From positions 511,085,675 through 511,149,674 of the forward strand of contig NC_133618.1 of assembly GCF_048593235.1 (NCBI RefSeq): a stretch of DNA of 64,000 bases, read 5' to 3'. The notes under the pieces are model-generated. The model did no database searches. It saw only the letters and a program-made list of their open reading frames with translations, and was not told where the DNA came from. Both the position numbers and the translations under genes were made by a program. Of this stretch, positions 12,901 to 24,200 are shown piece by piece. How positions within the stretch are numbered: the stretch's first letter is position 1; each line of letters starts with the position of its first letter. This DNA comes from Sminthopsis crassicaudata. Its lineage: Eukaryota.

Positions 12901-15900
12901 GTCTCCTTGCCTGAGACTCAGCTAGCTTTCTGGAAGCCCTTCAGATTGGTCTTGGCCTCATTGGAGGAAGAAGGAGGACAGGCCAACCACCACCGTGGTG
13001 TGAGATGGAGTGAATCTCTCTCTCCTTGGCTCTGAGAGCTTGAGCTCCCACTTCCAGTCCTCTGTCTTCTCTGGCTCTGACTCTGGCTGAGGCTCCCAGC
13101 TTATATGCTCTATTATAATTACATTATCATAAGTGTGAATCTTGTAGAACTATATTAAGTACTAAGTACATGTACTGAACTAGAGAACTATTAATCACCA
13201 TGCTAACCTAGATAACCATTGTCTTATCAATTCCAATGTAAGAATCCTTTTTTCAAGTACAGAGTTCGGGCCCATAACAGTCAGCGTTCAGCAAGTCTTC
13301 TACGCTTCCCATATGTAAAATTCCAGAGTTATCCAAGACATCACCAATACCTACGGGACATTTCAACCTGGGTTAACTATAGACCTCTCAAACCTAATGG
13401 GCCCAAAACTGAACTCATTATCTTCTCCCTTCACCCCAGCCTACCTCCCTTCAGAAAGTCCTTTGATTCTGTCAAGAATACCACTCTGCACCAGGGGGAG
13501 ACATCATGGCACAATGGGAAAGTGCTAACTGCCATTTATTACCTCAGTAATCTCTTTGCCTGTAAATGAAAGATTTGGAGGAGATGGCTTCTAACATCTC
13601 TTCTATGTCTCTATAGTCTTTTTTTTTTTTTTACTCTTTTGGTTTTGGTACCATTTATTTATTTATTTATTTATTTAAATTTAATTTTTATTTAATTTTA
13701 TAATTATAAATTTTTTTGACACTACATATGCATGGGTAATTTTTTACAACATTATCCCTTGCACTTAGTTCTATTCAGATTTTTTCCCTTCCTTCCCCAA
13801 CCCCCTCCCCCAGATGGCAGGCAGTCTTATACATGTTAAATATATTACAGTATATTCTAGATACAATATATGTGTGTAGAACCGAATTTCTTGTACAGGA
13901 AGAATTGGATTCAGAAGGTAAAAATAACAGTTTACACTCATTTCCCAGTGTTCCTTTTCTGGATGTAGCTGATTCTGTCCATCATTAATCAGTTGGAATT
14001 GGATTAGCTCTACTCTATGTTGAAGATATGCACTTCCATCAGCATACATCCTCGTACAGTATCATTGTTGAAGTGTATAATGATCTTCTGGTTCTGCTCG
14101 TTTCACTTAGCATCAGTTGATGTAAGTCTCTCCAAACCTCTCTGTATTTCTCCTGTTGGTCATTTCTTACAGAACAATAATATTCCATAACATTCATATG
14201 CCATAATTTACCCAATCATTCTCCAGTTGATGGACATCCATTCATCTTCCAGCTTCTAGCCACTATGAAAAGGGCTGCCACAAACATTTTGGCACATACA
14301 GGTCCCTTTCCCTTCTTTAGTATTTCCTTGGGATATAAGCCCAGTAGTAGTATGGCTGGGTCAAAGGGTATGCACATTTTGATAACTTTTTGGGCATAAT
14401 TCCATATTGCTCTCCAGAATGGCTGGATTCTTTCACAACTCCACCAACAATGCATCAGTGTCCCAGTTTTCCCACAGCCCCTCCAACATTCATCGTTATT
14501 TGTTCCTGTCATCTTAGCCAATCTGACAGGTGTGTAATGATATCTCAGAGTTGTCTTAATTTGCATTTCTCTGATCAATAGTGATGTGGAACACTCTTTC
14601 ATATGAGCGGAAATAGTTTTAATTTCATCATCTGAAAATTGTCTGTTCATATCCTTGTCTCTATAGTCTTTTGATCCTTCAAGTCACCCAGGTTCACATC
14701 TTCCACATAATCCTCAATTCCTGTAACTCACCACCACCCCAAACACCCACCCCCACAAACACACACACACACACAACACATCCAGTCAGCTGCCAAATCT
14801 TGTTCAGTCTATATCTCACATCTGTTCTGTTTCTTCCACTCACACAGCCAACACTACTAGTTGCCCTATGCCTGAAATGACCTCTCTCTCCTATTTAAGA
14901 TTCTCTAGTTGTTTCAGAGTGAAGGTCAAGTACCATTTTATATGTGACATGCTACCTTTCCTGATTTCCCAGATGCCAGTGCCTTCCTCCCAGTATCAAT
15001 TCATGTCTTTTATTTATATATTTTGTATATACTTAAATGGTTACCTGTTGGTTGTCCCTGCTAAGCTGTAAACTACTTGGGAGCAAGGGTATTTTTCATT
15101 TTTGTCTTTGTATCCCTACTTATCTAATTCTTAATAAAGGTTTGTTGATTAATCCTCCCTTTTTCTCCTATTTCTTCTGCATAGTTCTTTTTTTTTTAAG
15201 AAGAATGTGCAAGAAATATGTTTATTTTTGATATATAAATAATGAAAACAATACACATATATACATAGAAACAAAATATTATAATTAATCAATAAATATG
15301 TGTTAAGTACCTACTGTGTGCTAGATCCTATGTTACACCCAGGAAATAAATCACAAATATGATAAAGTCTCTGCCTTCAAGAAGTTTATATTCTTCTGGA
15401 GGTATATGACACATTTACAAATGAGTAAACAAAGAAATATTGGATCTCTATGTCTATCATCTATATTTATATCATCTGTCTTTATCTCTTTCTACCCATG
15501 TTGATTAACAAAAGAACACTATCATAAAGGATGGGGAAAGCTCTGTGATATAGCTGTTTCTTAGTTTTAGCCTCCAGGAAGCTTTACCTGATAAAGATGG
15601 TCTGCTTTTTAATAAATATATTTGAATCTTTTGTACTTATGTTGATTAAATGTACCTCTTATATCCCTTCTCCTCCTAGAAAAACAACCCATATAACCAA
15701 GAATATTTTTAATTGCTTTTTACTTTCAAAATACATGCAAAGATAGTTTTCAACATTCACCCTTGCAAAACCTTGTGTTACAAATTTTTTTCCCTACCCT
15801 TATCCACTAGATAGCAAGATCCAATGGATGTTAACTATGTGCAATTCTTCTACACGTTTTTCCACATTTATCATCCTGCATAGTTTTCAATGCTTTAACG

Positions 15901-17737
15901 GTCTTTGATGCTTTCTCTTTTGTGGTCTCCATTCTTCTCCTTACCTTTTAGAATAGTTGGACTGAGGTGTTTGGAGCTGGGACAGGGGAAGGGGAGGATG
16001 AGGGGGGGAGGGGAGGGAGAGAAGGGGGGTTGTTTGCTTAGTTTTTTGGATTAGGGTTTTTGTTGTTATTGAGGCAGTTGGAGTTGTGACTTTCTAGGAT
16101 CACATAGCTAGTAAGTGTTAAGAAAGATTTGAACTCACATCCTCCTTACTTCAGAGCCAGTGTTCTATCCACTTTGCTATCTAGCTGCCCCTAGTAAAAC
16201 TTATTTCATTGATACCTTTAGTGCTTTGGATCTTCTATTCATCTTCCAGTTTTTTTCCACAGGTTTTAATAGAGAATGGAACAAAAACTGGACACCATCT
16301 CCTCATGGATGCAAGGGACCTAGTCCTTAAAGTGAGGTTCTTCTCTACTCCATCATGCTTCTTCAGAACTGACATTCCCTTGAAAACTGAGAGTGCTCAA
16401 TGATATGTTGAAGATGACTCCCATTTGACTAAGCATATTGTCCTGGATCAGAATGACTGTCCATCTGAGAATCAAGTAACCAAGGGCTGTAGATTTCTGA
16501 AGCACAAAGGGTATAGGAGCTAGTATATCAAAGGGCACTTTAGTGACCCCAAGTCACACTAGGCTGCACAGCATCAAGTTTTAAAAGTTAGAATTTGCCA
16601 ATAAGTATGTGAGAGTGACCATCCTGTACATTGAGTTATATTGTCTTCCCCAAGCTTCAAGTGTACCATGCCTGATAGTAATCACCTAGATTGACATAGA
16701 TTGAATATCTAATGACTGATGGAGAACTGGTGAAGGACCTTTAGGTGGGGAAATACAGTGACTGAACTGTGAGAGTCTTTCAACTACTGATACATATTTT
16801 TGGGTTTAGGGACCAGAGAAATTTCCCTTAGATCATCGACCTGGACATGTCTTCGCTCCAGTGAGTATTCTTCCTTGATTGAAGTGGTAGAATTAGTTTG
16901 GGCTCAGCTGTGGCTATGAAAGGTAAAAGAAGGAAAATTAACCTATTATTTTATATTACCTTCCATCTGTTTACCTTATCTGTATTCATAGTTACATTGT
17001 CTTTATAATTCTCCAGTTCCTAACTCACAGTCTTCTAGTTTCTTTGACCTTTGTTACTTCTTTTTTTCTACAGTGCCCCCATGAACTTCCTTGCCCCAAG
17101 CTATCTACTTCTCCACCCCAGGCCTGCAGCTTTTCCCAGGCATACAACACCATTCCTTTTAGCTGGGTAAGCATGCTGCTACAGAGAGGGATAAGGGGAT
17201 ACATGAAGTAAGAGTTGAGGGACCAAATGATCTGGTCAGTAGAAGGATAAAGGGCTTTGGGGTCAGGCCTGAAAATAAGAGGTCTTACTTAGTTTTAACA
17301 TTTTCCCACCTTCTTTCAATATGGTTCACTATGGCCTCAGAACCATAGTCATAAGGAAGAGAAGTTCTCTCTGGTGATCCTAAGCCGGAGCTTTCCAGGA
17401 GAGAATCATAGATTGGCTCGTGTCACCCAGCCTGTCCTTAAACGGCCACGCCATGTACATTGTCACTTGTGTTGCCCCGATGGCCATCTCCAACATGTTG
17501 TGGTTACTGCTCGACGGCATGGCAGGTACATGGAACATGAGGAATTGGGGGAGAAAGGATATATTACTCACATGGATGTTGAAGGGGAAGGGGATGCTAT
17601 ACCAGAGTGTCTCTCTTTTTCTTCTTCATAGACACTTATATCGCTGTGCTCGTGCTAGTAGCTGGGGAGATCGCTTGCCTTTGACCACTTCACCTGAGCT
17701 TCCTCCATCCCCTGTTCAAGATCCTTCTGACAACTGA
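917..17737 (+). CDS. METTL17: Methyltransferase-like 17 (mitochondrial small-subunit assembly factor, Rsm22 family), 461 aa
   Basis: Exons 917-997, 2031-2184, 2275-2409, 7829-7910, 9642-9723, 9878-9951, 10444-10538, 10930-11000, 11384-11491, 16263-16331, 16810-16860, 17074-17166, 17341-17525 and 17632-17737 join in frame (1386 nt). All introns are GT-AG except intron 8 (GC-AG). The product has an Arg-rich presequence ([16 protein letters not shown]), SAM motif [35 protein letters not shown]...ACSFSQ and [12 protein letters not shown], matching recalled human METTL17. Confidence 0.97.
2638..3043 (-). repeat. 3' LTR of the intronic ERV (406 nt)
   Basis: TG...CA ends; minus-strand TATATAA at 2955-2961 and AATAAA at 2765-2770; aligns to 5824-6247. 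Confidence 0.93.
4085..5703 (-). pseudogene. Decayed retroviral gag (stops, SINE insertion)
   Basis: Myristoylation-type start MGQ; ORF-track fragments 5044-5361 and 4413-4598 (capsid); knuckles [14 protein letters not shown] (4231-4190) and [13 protein letters not shown] (4138-4097), followed by a GN..GQGPAP segment typical of the beta-type gag-pro junction. Confidence 0.88.
4832..4979 (-). mobile_element. tRNA-derived SINE (WSINE1-like) inserted in ERV gag
   Basis: Reverse complement starts GGGGCAGCTAGGTGGCGCAGTGGATAGAGC, includes a B box (GAGTTCAAATC) and an A tail; TSD ATCTAGTAA at 4823-4831 and 4980-4988. Confidence 0.92.
5824..6247 (-). repeat. 5' LTR of the intronic ERV (424 nt)
   Basis: TG...CA ends; minus-strand TATAAA at 6140-6145 and AATAAA at 5951-5956; carries an extra 18 nt duplicating TTTAAAGGTGTGAAC relative to the 3' LTR. 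Confidence 0.93.
7082..7325 (-). mobile_element. CORE-SINE (MAR1/MIR-like)
   Basis: Contains the CATTTTACAGATGAAGAA...GGTTAAGTGAC...CCTAGGGTCA core and a decayed tRNA head. Confidence 0.65.
9112..9363 (-). mobile_element. MIR-like SINE
   Basis: (AAT)n-like tail, then ATCTCATT...CACAAGAACCCTATGA...GGTTAAGTGACT core. Confidence 0.6.
11090..11235 (+). mobile_element. WSINE1-like SINE in METTL17 intron 8
   Basis: GGGGCAG...GATAGAGC...GAGTTCAAATG head and A-rich tail; 15-bp TSD AGAAAATATATATTT at 11075-11089 and 11236-11250. Confidence 0.9.
11520..12020 (+). mobile_element. LINE-2 ORF2 fragment (continues at about 13290-13470 and 14673-15120)
   Basis: Decayed L2 RT-region sequence (GCCAAACTCCTTGAAAAAGC...TTCCAACCTCATTGCTCACTGAAACTACTC). 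Later pieces include CTCAAACCTAATGGGCCCAAAACTGAACTCATTATCTT and an L2-like 3' end at about 15100. Confidence 0.65.
12799..13279 (-). mobile_element. Solo LTR related to the intron-3 ERV LTRs
   Basis: TGTAGTGTTC...GGGCCCATAACA ends; shares blocks with the ERV LTR (TTCTGGAGG, CCTTCGTTTCAG, AGCCAGG..TAAA.TCCA..TCTTTATT, TTCAAG..GGCCCATAACA); flanks GTCAGG/GTCAGC are a 6-bp TSD with one mismatch. Confidence 0.8.
13623..14655 (-). mobile_element. 5'-truncated LINE-1 (ORF2 C-terminus, 3' UTR, poly(A))
   Basis: ORF 14216-14650 ([20 protein letters not shown]...GTLMHCWW...[16 protein letters not shown]) is the L1 ORF2 C-terminal domain and is still open; T-rich tail at 13623-13700; 17-bp TSD TGTCTCTATAGTCTTTT at 13606-13622 and 14656-14672. 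Confidence 0.93.
16057..16190 (-). mobile_element. Older tRNA-derived SINE
   Basis: Ends GATTTGAACTC...CTATCCACT...CTAGCTGCCCC on the + strand, which is the reverse-complemented SINE head. Confidence 0.7.
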
Positions 17738-17955
17738 CAAGAGAGCTTAGGAGTATTTGGCTGACACCTCCCAGCTTTTATCATCTTTGCCAAAAATGAA
17801 GCTTTGTGGGGATTCATGATAGGGGTACCACATGCCCTCTAACTTTTGAATTGAATTAAATGTTATTTTTTAAATAGAAAAAAAAAAATAGTGTTGTGAT
17901 TCTTAACAAAAATGTATTCAGGGTTTCCTTCCCTGAAGTTTTGATTTGCCATGGC

Positions 17956-17961
17956 AATAAA
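17956..17961 (+). terminator. METTL17 polyadenylation signal
   Basis: AATAAA about 220 nt after the stop codon, followed by T/GT-rich sequence. Confidence 0.65.
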
Positions 17962-19208
17962 ATTTAATTCCAGGGCTCTTTGTATTTTCACTTAGTCCTT
18001 AGCCCCTCCTAATACTGCCCCTTATATAAGCATCACTACTCTCTAAGGGAAGCCTGGTTGGGAGTAGTGGGAAAACTAGGTGACAAGAATCACCTCCAGC
18101 TCTTCTGAAAACTGGCTCAACAGGTCTCAATGTGGCTATGCAGGTAACCTGCCTAGGGAAACCAACAATCACCTATCCTGTCCCTTCTCCCCTTTAGCTT
18201 TCTCCCACTGCCCCTCCTAAGGTTCTTCAACCAGATCAGAGCTTTCCTTAGCTGTCTCACTTAGAATTAAACCCAAACTATGAGTCAGGACTGAATCCTT
18301 TTCCAAGGTCGTCTACACCATACTCCAAGCTAGTACATTTTATTCTTGTTGGTTAATATCTCATTAGTCCTTGATAATGTATTGATTAAATCTTGGACCA
18401 ACTATTCCATTTACCTTTAGGTTATAACCACTTAGATTATTTTAGCTCCCCTCAAAGCACTTCACTTGTTGGGCAGAGGAAGAGGCAGGGATATTGTTAA
18501 TGCAGTGGTCTCATAAATCTTGTATTCTTTCCCCAAAAAAGTTTTTTTTAAAGTTTTAATTCTATACTGAGAGTCCTTTGTTGGAATTGCAGGTAAGGGG
18601 GCTCACCTTCTGAGTTCCCACAGCATGGCAAAAGGGAAAGTCCTCGCCCTACCTGGTTTTGCCCCAGCTGGCCCCAAATCCCCTCTGAAAGGGTGCAGTT
18701 CAGGTATCAGATATGGCAGCCTACAAAGCAGGGAGATTGAGTAAAATAACATGGATGTTTTGGATTGAGTGTCCTAAGCAAGGAAGGGCCAGGCTTTTGT
18801 CCCCAGGGAGAAGGGATAGGGGCTCCTCAACCATCACAGAGCATGCCGTCTCCCATCAGGCTACCCTAGAGGTGAGCTCACACGGTTCTTTGTCAACCTA
18901 AGGATTAGTCAGCCACGAGGAGGAGGAGAGACACACAGCTCTGGGCTGTGTCTGGCAGGGAGTCTGGAGTTTCTGGTTACTGAGCTGAAGAGGGGTGAGG
19001 CTGGGGAGGGGCCCTGTTGGGGGGTGGGGGGAAGCCAGAGGCAGAGTCCCAGGCAGAGGCAGACATCTGCCTGAGCAGAGGCAGCACACATCAGCCGTGG
19101 TCCATTGCCCACTGGGCCAGGTGAACGGACACAGCAGCTTTGAACACTCCTGCTCCGAAGACCTACTCTCTCTCACCCTGGGGACTCTACTCAACCTCCA
19201 CCCCAGGG

Positions 19209-20916
19209 ATGGAGCCACTTGTGGGTGTAAAAATTGGCTGCCTACTGGCCTTGCTGGCTCTCACTGTGTTCTGTGGCATTATTCCTATCTGCTTCAAATG
19301 GTTCCGGATCCATGCAGCCACAGGTATAGTTGTTTGTCCTGCTAGCATAAGCCCCTGTTCCCACCTCAACCCTTCCTTTCACTTTGGGCCCTATCTTGCC
19401 TCTACTTCCAATCCTGAATCCGGGTTTGTGTATATTTCCTCAGACTCTCTGTAGCCAGACCCCCATTCTATCCCAGCTGTCTCCCTTCCTTTAATAGCCA
19501 GCTAAAACCGTCCTCTGCTGTTTGCTCCTTTGCCTCGGCAGGGAAGCATCGCCGGGTCCTCAGCCTCCTGGGTTGTGTGTCAGCAGGGGTGTTTCTGGGA
19601 GCAGGGCTTATGCACATGACAGCGGAGGCCCTGGAGGGCATTGATTCAGAGATCCAGAATTACATCCTGCAGGTGAGGGGCTGGGATGCTGAACTACCTG
19701 GGATGTGTGGGACCTGAGGGAGGAACAAAAGCGACTTTACAGAAAAGGACAGAACTGGGGACATGGGTCAGGCATGACATTTTTTAAGGACCACAGGATC
19801 CTTTCCCTTCTAATTCACGCTCTCTCCTTCCCAGAATAGGACAAGAAGTGAGGGAAATTTTTCTGACACCACTGACTCAGCTGAGGTGAGTGTCCCCCCT
19901 GCAGACCCCAGCTGAGGAGTCAGGGGAGCCTTTCCCCATTGAGGTCTCTCTTGGGAGTGTGTGAAGCATGCTAAGCATTCCTTCTGTCTCCCAGCTGTTG
20001 TTCCATCCCAAAATTTTAAATAAAGGTCTATCCCATATATCAGGCCCAGGGGACATCTGTCCCGCTCTTTACAGCCCTGTTCTCTGGATACATTTCTGCC
20101 CCTTTTCCCGTGATTGACTCTCTTCCCTTCAGGTCTTCTTTCCCCTCTTTTATCCCCTTGTCTAACACCACCCTCATGCCCATACTTCTTGTCCACCACA
20201 CTTTCTTCCAACCATTCCCTTTTCTTTGCTCCTTCTTCTTTCTTTAGTCACATAATGATCCTCTCTCCCCCTAGGTGGAGTATCCATTTGGGGAGCTCAT
20301 CATCTCCTTAGGCTTCTTCTTGGTTTTCCTGTTGGAGTCACTGGCACTGCAGTGGGGCCCTAGCAGAACCAGGGGATCAAAGACACATGCAGAGGAATGG
20401 GGTGGGCCCCCTGGGGCCCACTCCTTAAGCCTGCACAGCCACGGATCCCCACCACCCCCCTCTCAGGGCCCTTTTAGGGCTCTGGTTCTCTTGCTTTCAC
20501 TCTCCTTTCACTCAGTGTTTGAGGGACTAGCTGTGGGGCTGCAATCCTCAATACCGGCTGTGCTCCAGCTCTGCCTGGCAGTCCTGGCACACAAGGGACT
20601 GGTGGTGTTTGGAGTGGGGCTCCGATTGGTGCAAACCGGCACCGGGCCACGATGGGCCCTGATATCCATTGTGGCATTGGCCCTCATGTCTCCCCTCGGT
20701 GTAGCTTTGGGGATGGCTGTGGCCGGGGGAGACCCTGAAGGAGGAAGGGCCTTAGCCCAGGCCGTGTTAGAAGGTGTGGCAGCTGGCACTTTCCTCTACG
20801 TAACTTTCTTAGAAATTCTTCCCAGAGAACTGGCTGCCCCCGAGTCTCCTCTCGCTAAATGGGGCTGTGTGGCTGCTGGTTTTACCTTCATGGCCATTAT
20901 TGCCATCTGGGCATGA
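19209..20916 (+). CDS. SLC39A2: Zinc transporter ZIP2, 312 aa
   Basis: Exons 19209-19323, 19542-19672, 19835-19885 and 20275-20916, all GT-AG and in frame (939 nt). Motifs GVFLGAGLMHM, EYPFGELIISLGFF, a His-rich loop HSLSLHSHG, LSFHSVFEGLAVGLQ, AHKG and GTFLYVTFLEILPREL match recalled human ZIP2. Confidence 0.97.
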
Positions 20917-21217
20917 AGAGTCCCCCAACTCTAAGAGACCATACTTCCCCACATAACTAGCTTGAGCAACATCCCCTGCTTCGAGTTGGCCCCAGGCCTG
21001 GGACATTCTTACTGAGCCTTAGTGGCAGGCATCCAGCACCATCCTCATAGCTGGATTCTGAGCTTCTTTTGCAAGGTCTTTGGTCGCCCCACTCTGAGAT
21101 AGCAGAGAGCTTGGGCTCGGGGGCAGCAGAGAAAGGGAAGACAGCAGGATGAAGATGGAGCCTTTCTGCCTGCTGCCCCAGACTTGGAGACCGGCACCCC
21201 CATGGTACTGTTTGTTA

Positions 21218-21223
21218 ATAAAC
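21218..21223 (+). terminator. SLC39A2 polyadenylation signal
   Basis: AATAAA about 300 nt after the stop codon. Confidence 0.65.
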
Positions 21224-24200
21224 GTCAGTCCTCTGTCCGCCTTGTCTTAGCCTTTCTGTTTCTGACTTCCCTACTTAGTATGAGGGCAAGCTGATGTGGC
21301 AGGGAAGGGCAGGCAGGAGAGGACAGCCGGGCAAGAGCTCTGCCTCTGCCTGTGTTGGGCCCTAGCTTCTTCACTACAAGTTTGCAGATGAAGCTGGTTG
21401 TGGAGGGATGGATTGCTGGGATTCCAGACATCCCCGTCCTCCTTCAATGGTGCTGGCAACAATCAGAGAAGAGCTGAACAGAACCCAGAGACCCTCTCCC
21501 ACCCACTCCTCACAAGTCAGTACACGGGAAGTTTCTCACACTGGGCCTTGTGTTCTCTAAACCCAGGCCCCTTTACTGCTGCCCTGTGCAGAAGAATTAA
21601 GATACCGTGTGTTTAGGGAAGGAAGAAAGGCGCCAGATAAGTGCCTGGATCAGCCGCAGCTCAGCCTTAGCCTTCACTCCACCTCCAGTGCTGTCACTGC
21701 ACCCCTCCCCCACACTGTTTGCTTTACATCTTGAATCTCCCTGGCCAGTGAACAAACTAGTTTCTCTAGAATTAGAATGGGGAAAGATTGTGACGCTTTT
21801 TGTGGGGGTACTCAAACGGAGATCTAGAGTTCAGATGAACTGTCTAGGGAAATGAGTATGTGCAGTCTCCCACCTCAGATTTTCCTTACTGGTGGAAGAA
21901 GATCTGCTCTTATCTGGTTTCTTATCTCCTGCTCTTCCTGTTTTCCTTAGTAGTACATAAATCATCCAGACCTGTGAATAAGCCTAATCCTAATATCAGA
22001 GGTCAGGCTTTAGAAATTATCTTACAAAGGTAATTAACTCCGATAGCCTTCGTTCTAACTTCTTCTTGTGCCGCCCCCTCCCCTTTAACTTCAGTGACCT
22101 TATTCTTTGTAGTTGAGAGGAGTTGAGAGTAGGCTAAGGAACTGGCTTGTTTTGGAGCCAGATGACTTTCCAGCAGAGGTAGAGCACCGTGTTTCTAGGT
22201 CACTGATCCATGTGAAGCAATGGGAAGTAAGGGCAGGGTTCTTCAGGCATGAATACCTTTCTTTTTTTCCAGAATCTTGTCTAACCCAAAGTGCCACCAT
22301 TTTCTTCCTCATTATTATGTCTTCATCCTTGGGGTTCTTTAGGTTCTGCGGAATCTAGGAGTCACCTTAATTCTGAAATATGCTTCCTCTAGAGTCAGAA
22401 TATATATATATATAGGGAACAAACTTTCTAGAGATAGAAACAACTGGACTTATGTAAAGGGAATGGGATTGTAGGGAGGCAATCTACTTTTCATTTTCCC
22501 CCAATAATAATGGGAAAGGAGAAATTGAAGATTTATAGATACTAAAAATGTAGAGAAGGAAAAGTAGAGGTAGAAATGTCAAAAATGCTCTAATGAAAAT
22601 ATAAGCCTAAGGAATAACCCAGTAACAGAGGTTGAAAAATAGACCCTAAAGATAAGCCCCTTATCCTAAAAAGAGGAAAGAATCTAAGATCTAGGTCCCA
22701 TCTGAAATGAGGTACAGGAGAGAAAAAGTCAATGTTCAAACAAAGCTACTGAAGACAGATAGCCACAGATTGTGTTATGCAATGGTTCACTTAGAAAAAG
22801 GAAGGTTTGAGTCACTGAAAGTTTTTAAAGGCGCCAAATAACCAACTAGGGGGACAGTGAAAGATCTAAAAGAGGAAGTTTAAATAGGAGAGAGGACAAG
22901 AAGATGTACATTTTAAGGCTATTTAGAACCAATATCTTACATTTCCCATTCCCCCCTTCTTTTAAAAAGCCAACAGTTTTTCCTAAAGATGTAACCACTG
23001 AATTTTAATTATAAATACCAGCATTGGAAGAGACTTCAGTTGTAATCTAATACAATTTTCTCATCACCAAAACCCTTTACAACATACCCAATAAGCGGGT
23101 ATCTAACTTCCACTTAAAGTCTTCCAAGTGGTAACAGGGTGAAGGAGAAACCATTACTATGACCTAAGTCAGCCTATTAAGAAGTTTTTCTTTATCTCAA
23201 TCCTAAATGTACCATTCTACAATCTTCTAATGCTATAATTCTAAGTTTCCTCTTATTATCCCCATGAAGACTATGATTTTAAAACAAGATCCCAGAAAAA
23301 TGAATTAAGTTCACCTCTTTCCTGAAGCTTTGCACTATGGGAACCTTCTCACTGTTGGGAAAAAAAGGGTTTGAATATGGATGTAAAAGAAAATATAGGC
23401 AATTAAAGAGGGGAGTAATAAGTGAAGGAAGAATGAAAGACCACTCTTCAAAGAACAAAGCAATGAGAACAGTAACATTTTTGAGCAAAAGCCAAAAAAT
23501 ATAATCTAGTGGACACAAATTGAGAAAAAACACAAACAAGAAAGAGAAAAAATAAGGAAGTGGAATTTAGACTCTATGAAGCAATTCATAAATATTGATA
23601 CAAGAAATTATTTGGCTGAAAATAGTCCCACATCATCTCCACCTGATTTTGGTTTGTTTCTATCTGACATGAGCAGAAATACAGTGAACTTCCAGGATAG
23701 CTATTGATAAGACACCTAGAATAGAGCCCCCCTGCCATAACTGAAATCTTGTGCCAAAGAGATGGGCAGAAGGAATTCGAGATCCTGGAGCTGTTAAGTC
23801 AGGTCTGGGGTCATGATAGCTAATCCATGGCCTTATACATCTAGCCAGATGGGGATTCTATGATTTCCTATCTTGAGAATTGACACTCCTGGCCCAAGTA
23901 CTTCACACTGCCAACCTTTTGTGGAGTTTTTTCTAGTGTTTAATCTCTTATACTGGAAATCTCTTCTTTCTATATAAAAGTGTCCTCCAGAGAATTATCT
24001 TCACAGATTTCCAACTTTGTGGGCCTTAGGTCTCATCCAGTCTTTCCTTTGGTTGAATCTAATTTGTTCATTCCTTTTCCCTCTTCCCATTCATCCTTTA
24101 AGCGGCTTTCCTTTTTCCCATGCTCCCATTCTTTCTCTTTCTACTTTCTTGGACCTTCTCCCTGCAGTTTGAGAAGTCCAATGACTCACAGAGAGAGGAG

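Noticed and set aside
17946-17957. 12-bp palindrome TTGCCATGGCAA overlapping the METTL17 poly(A) signal
   Set aside because: It resembles an RFX X-box but lacks both outer consensus bases, and one such palindrome is unremarkable in 64 kb.
18713-19345. Several ORFs upstream of and overlapping SLC39A2 exon 1
   Set aside because: GC-rich promoter and 5' UTR sequence with no protein-like composition.
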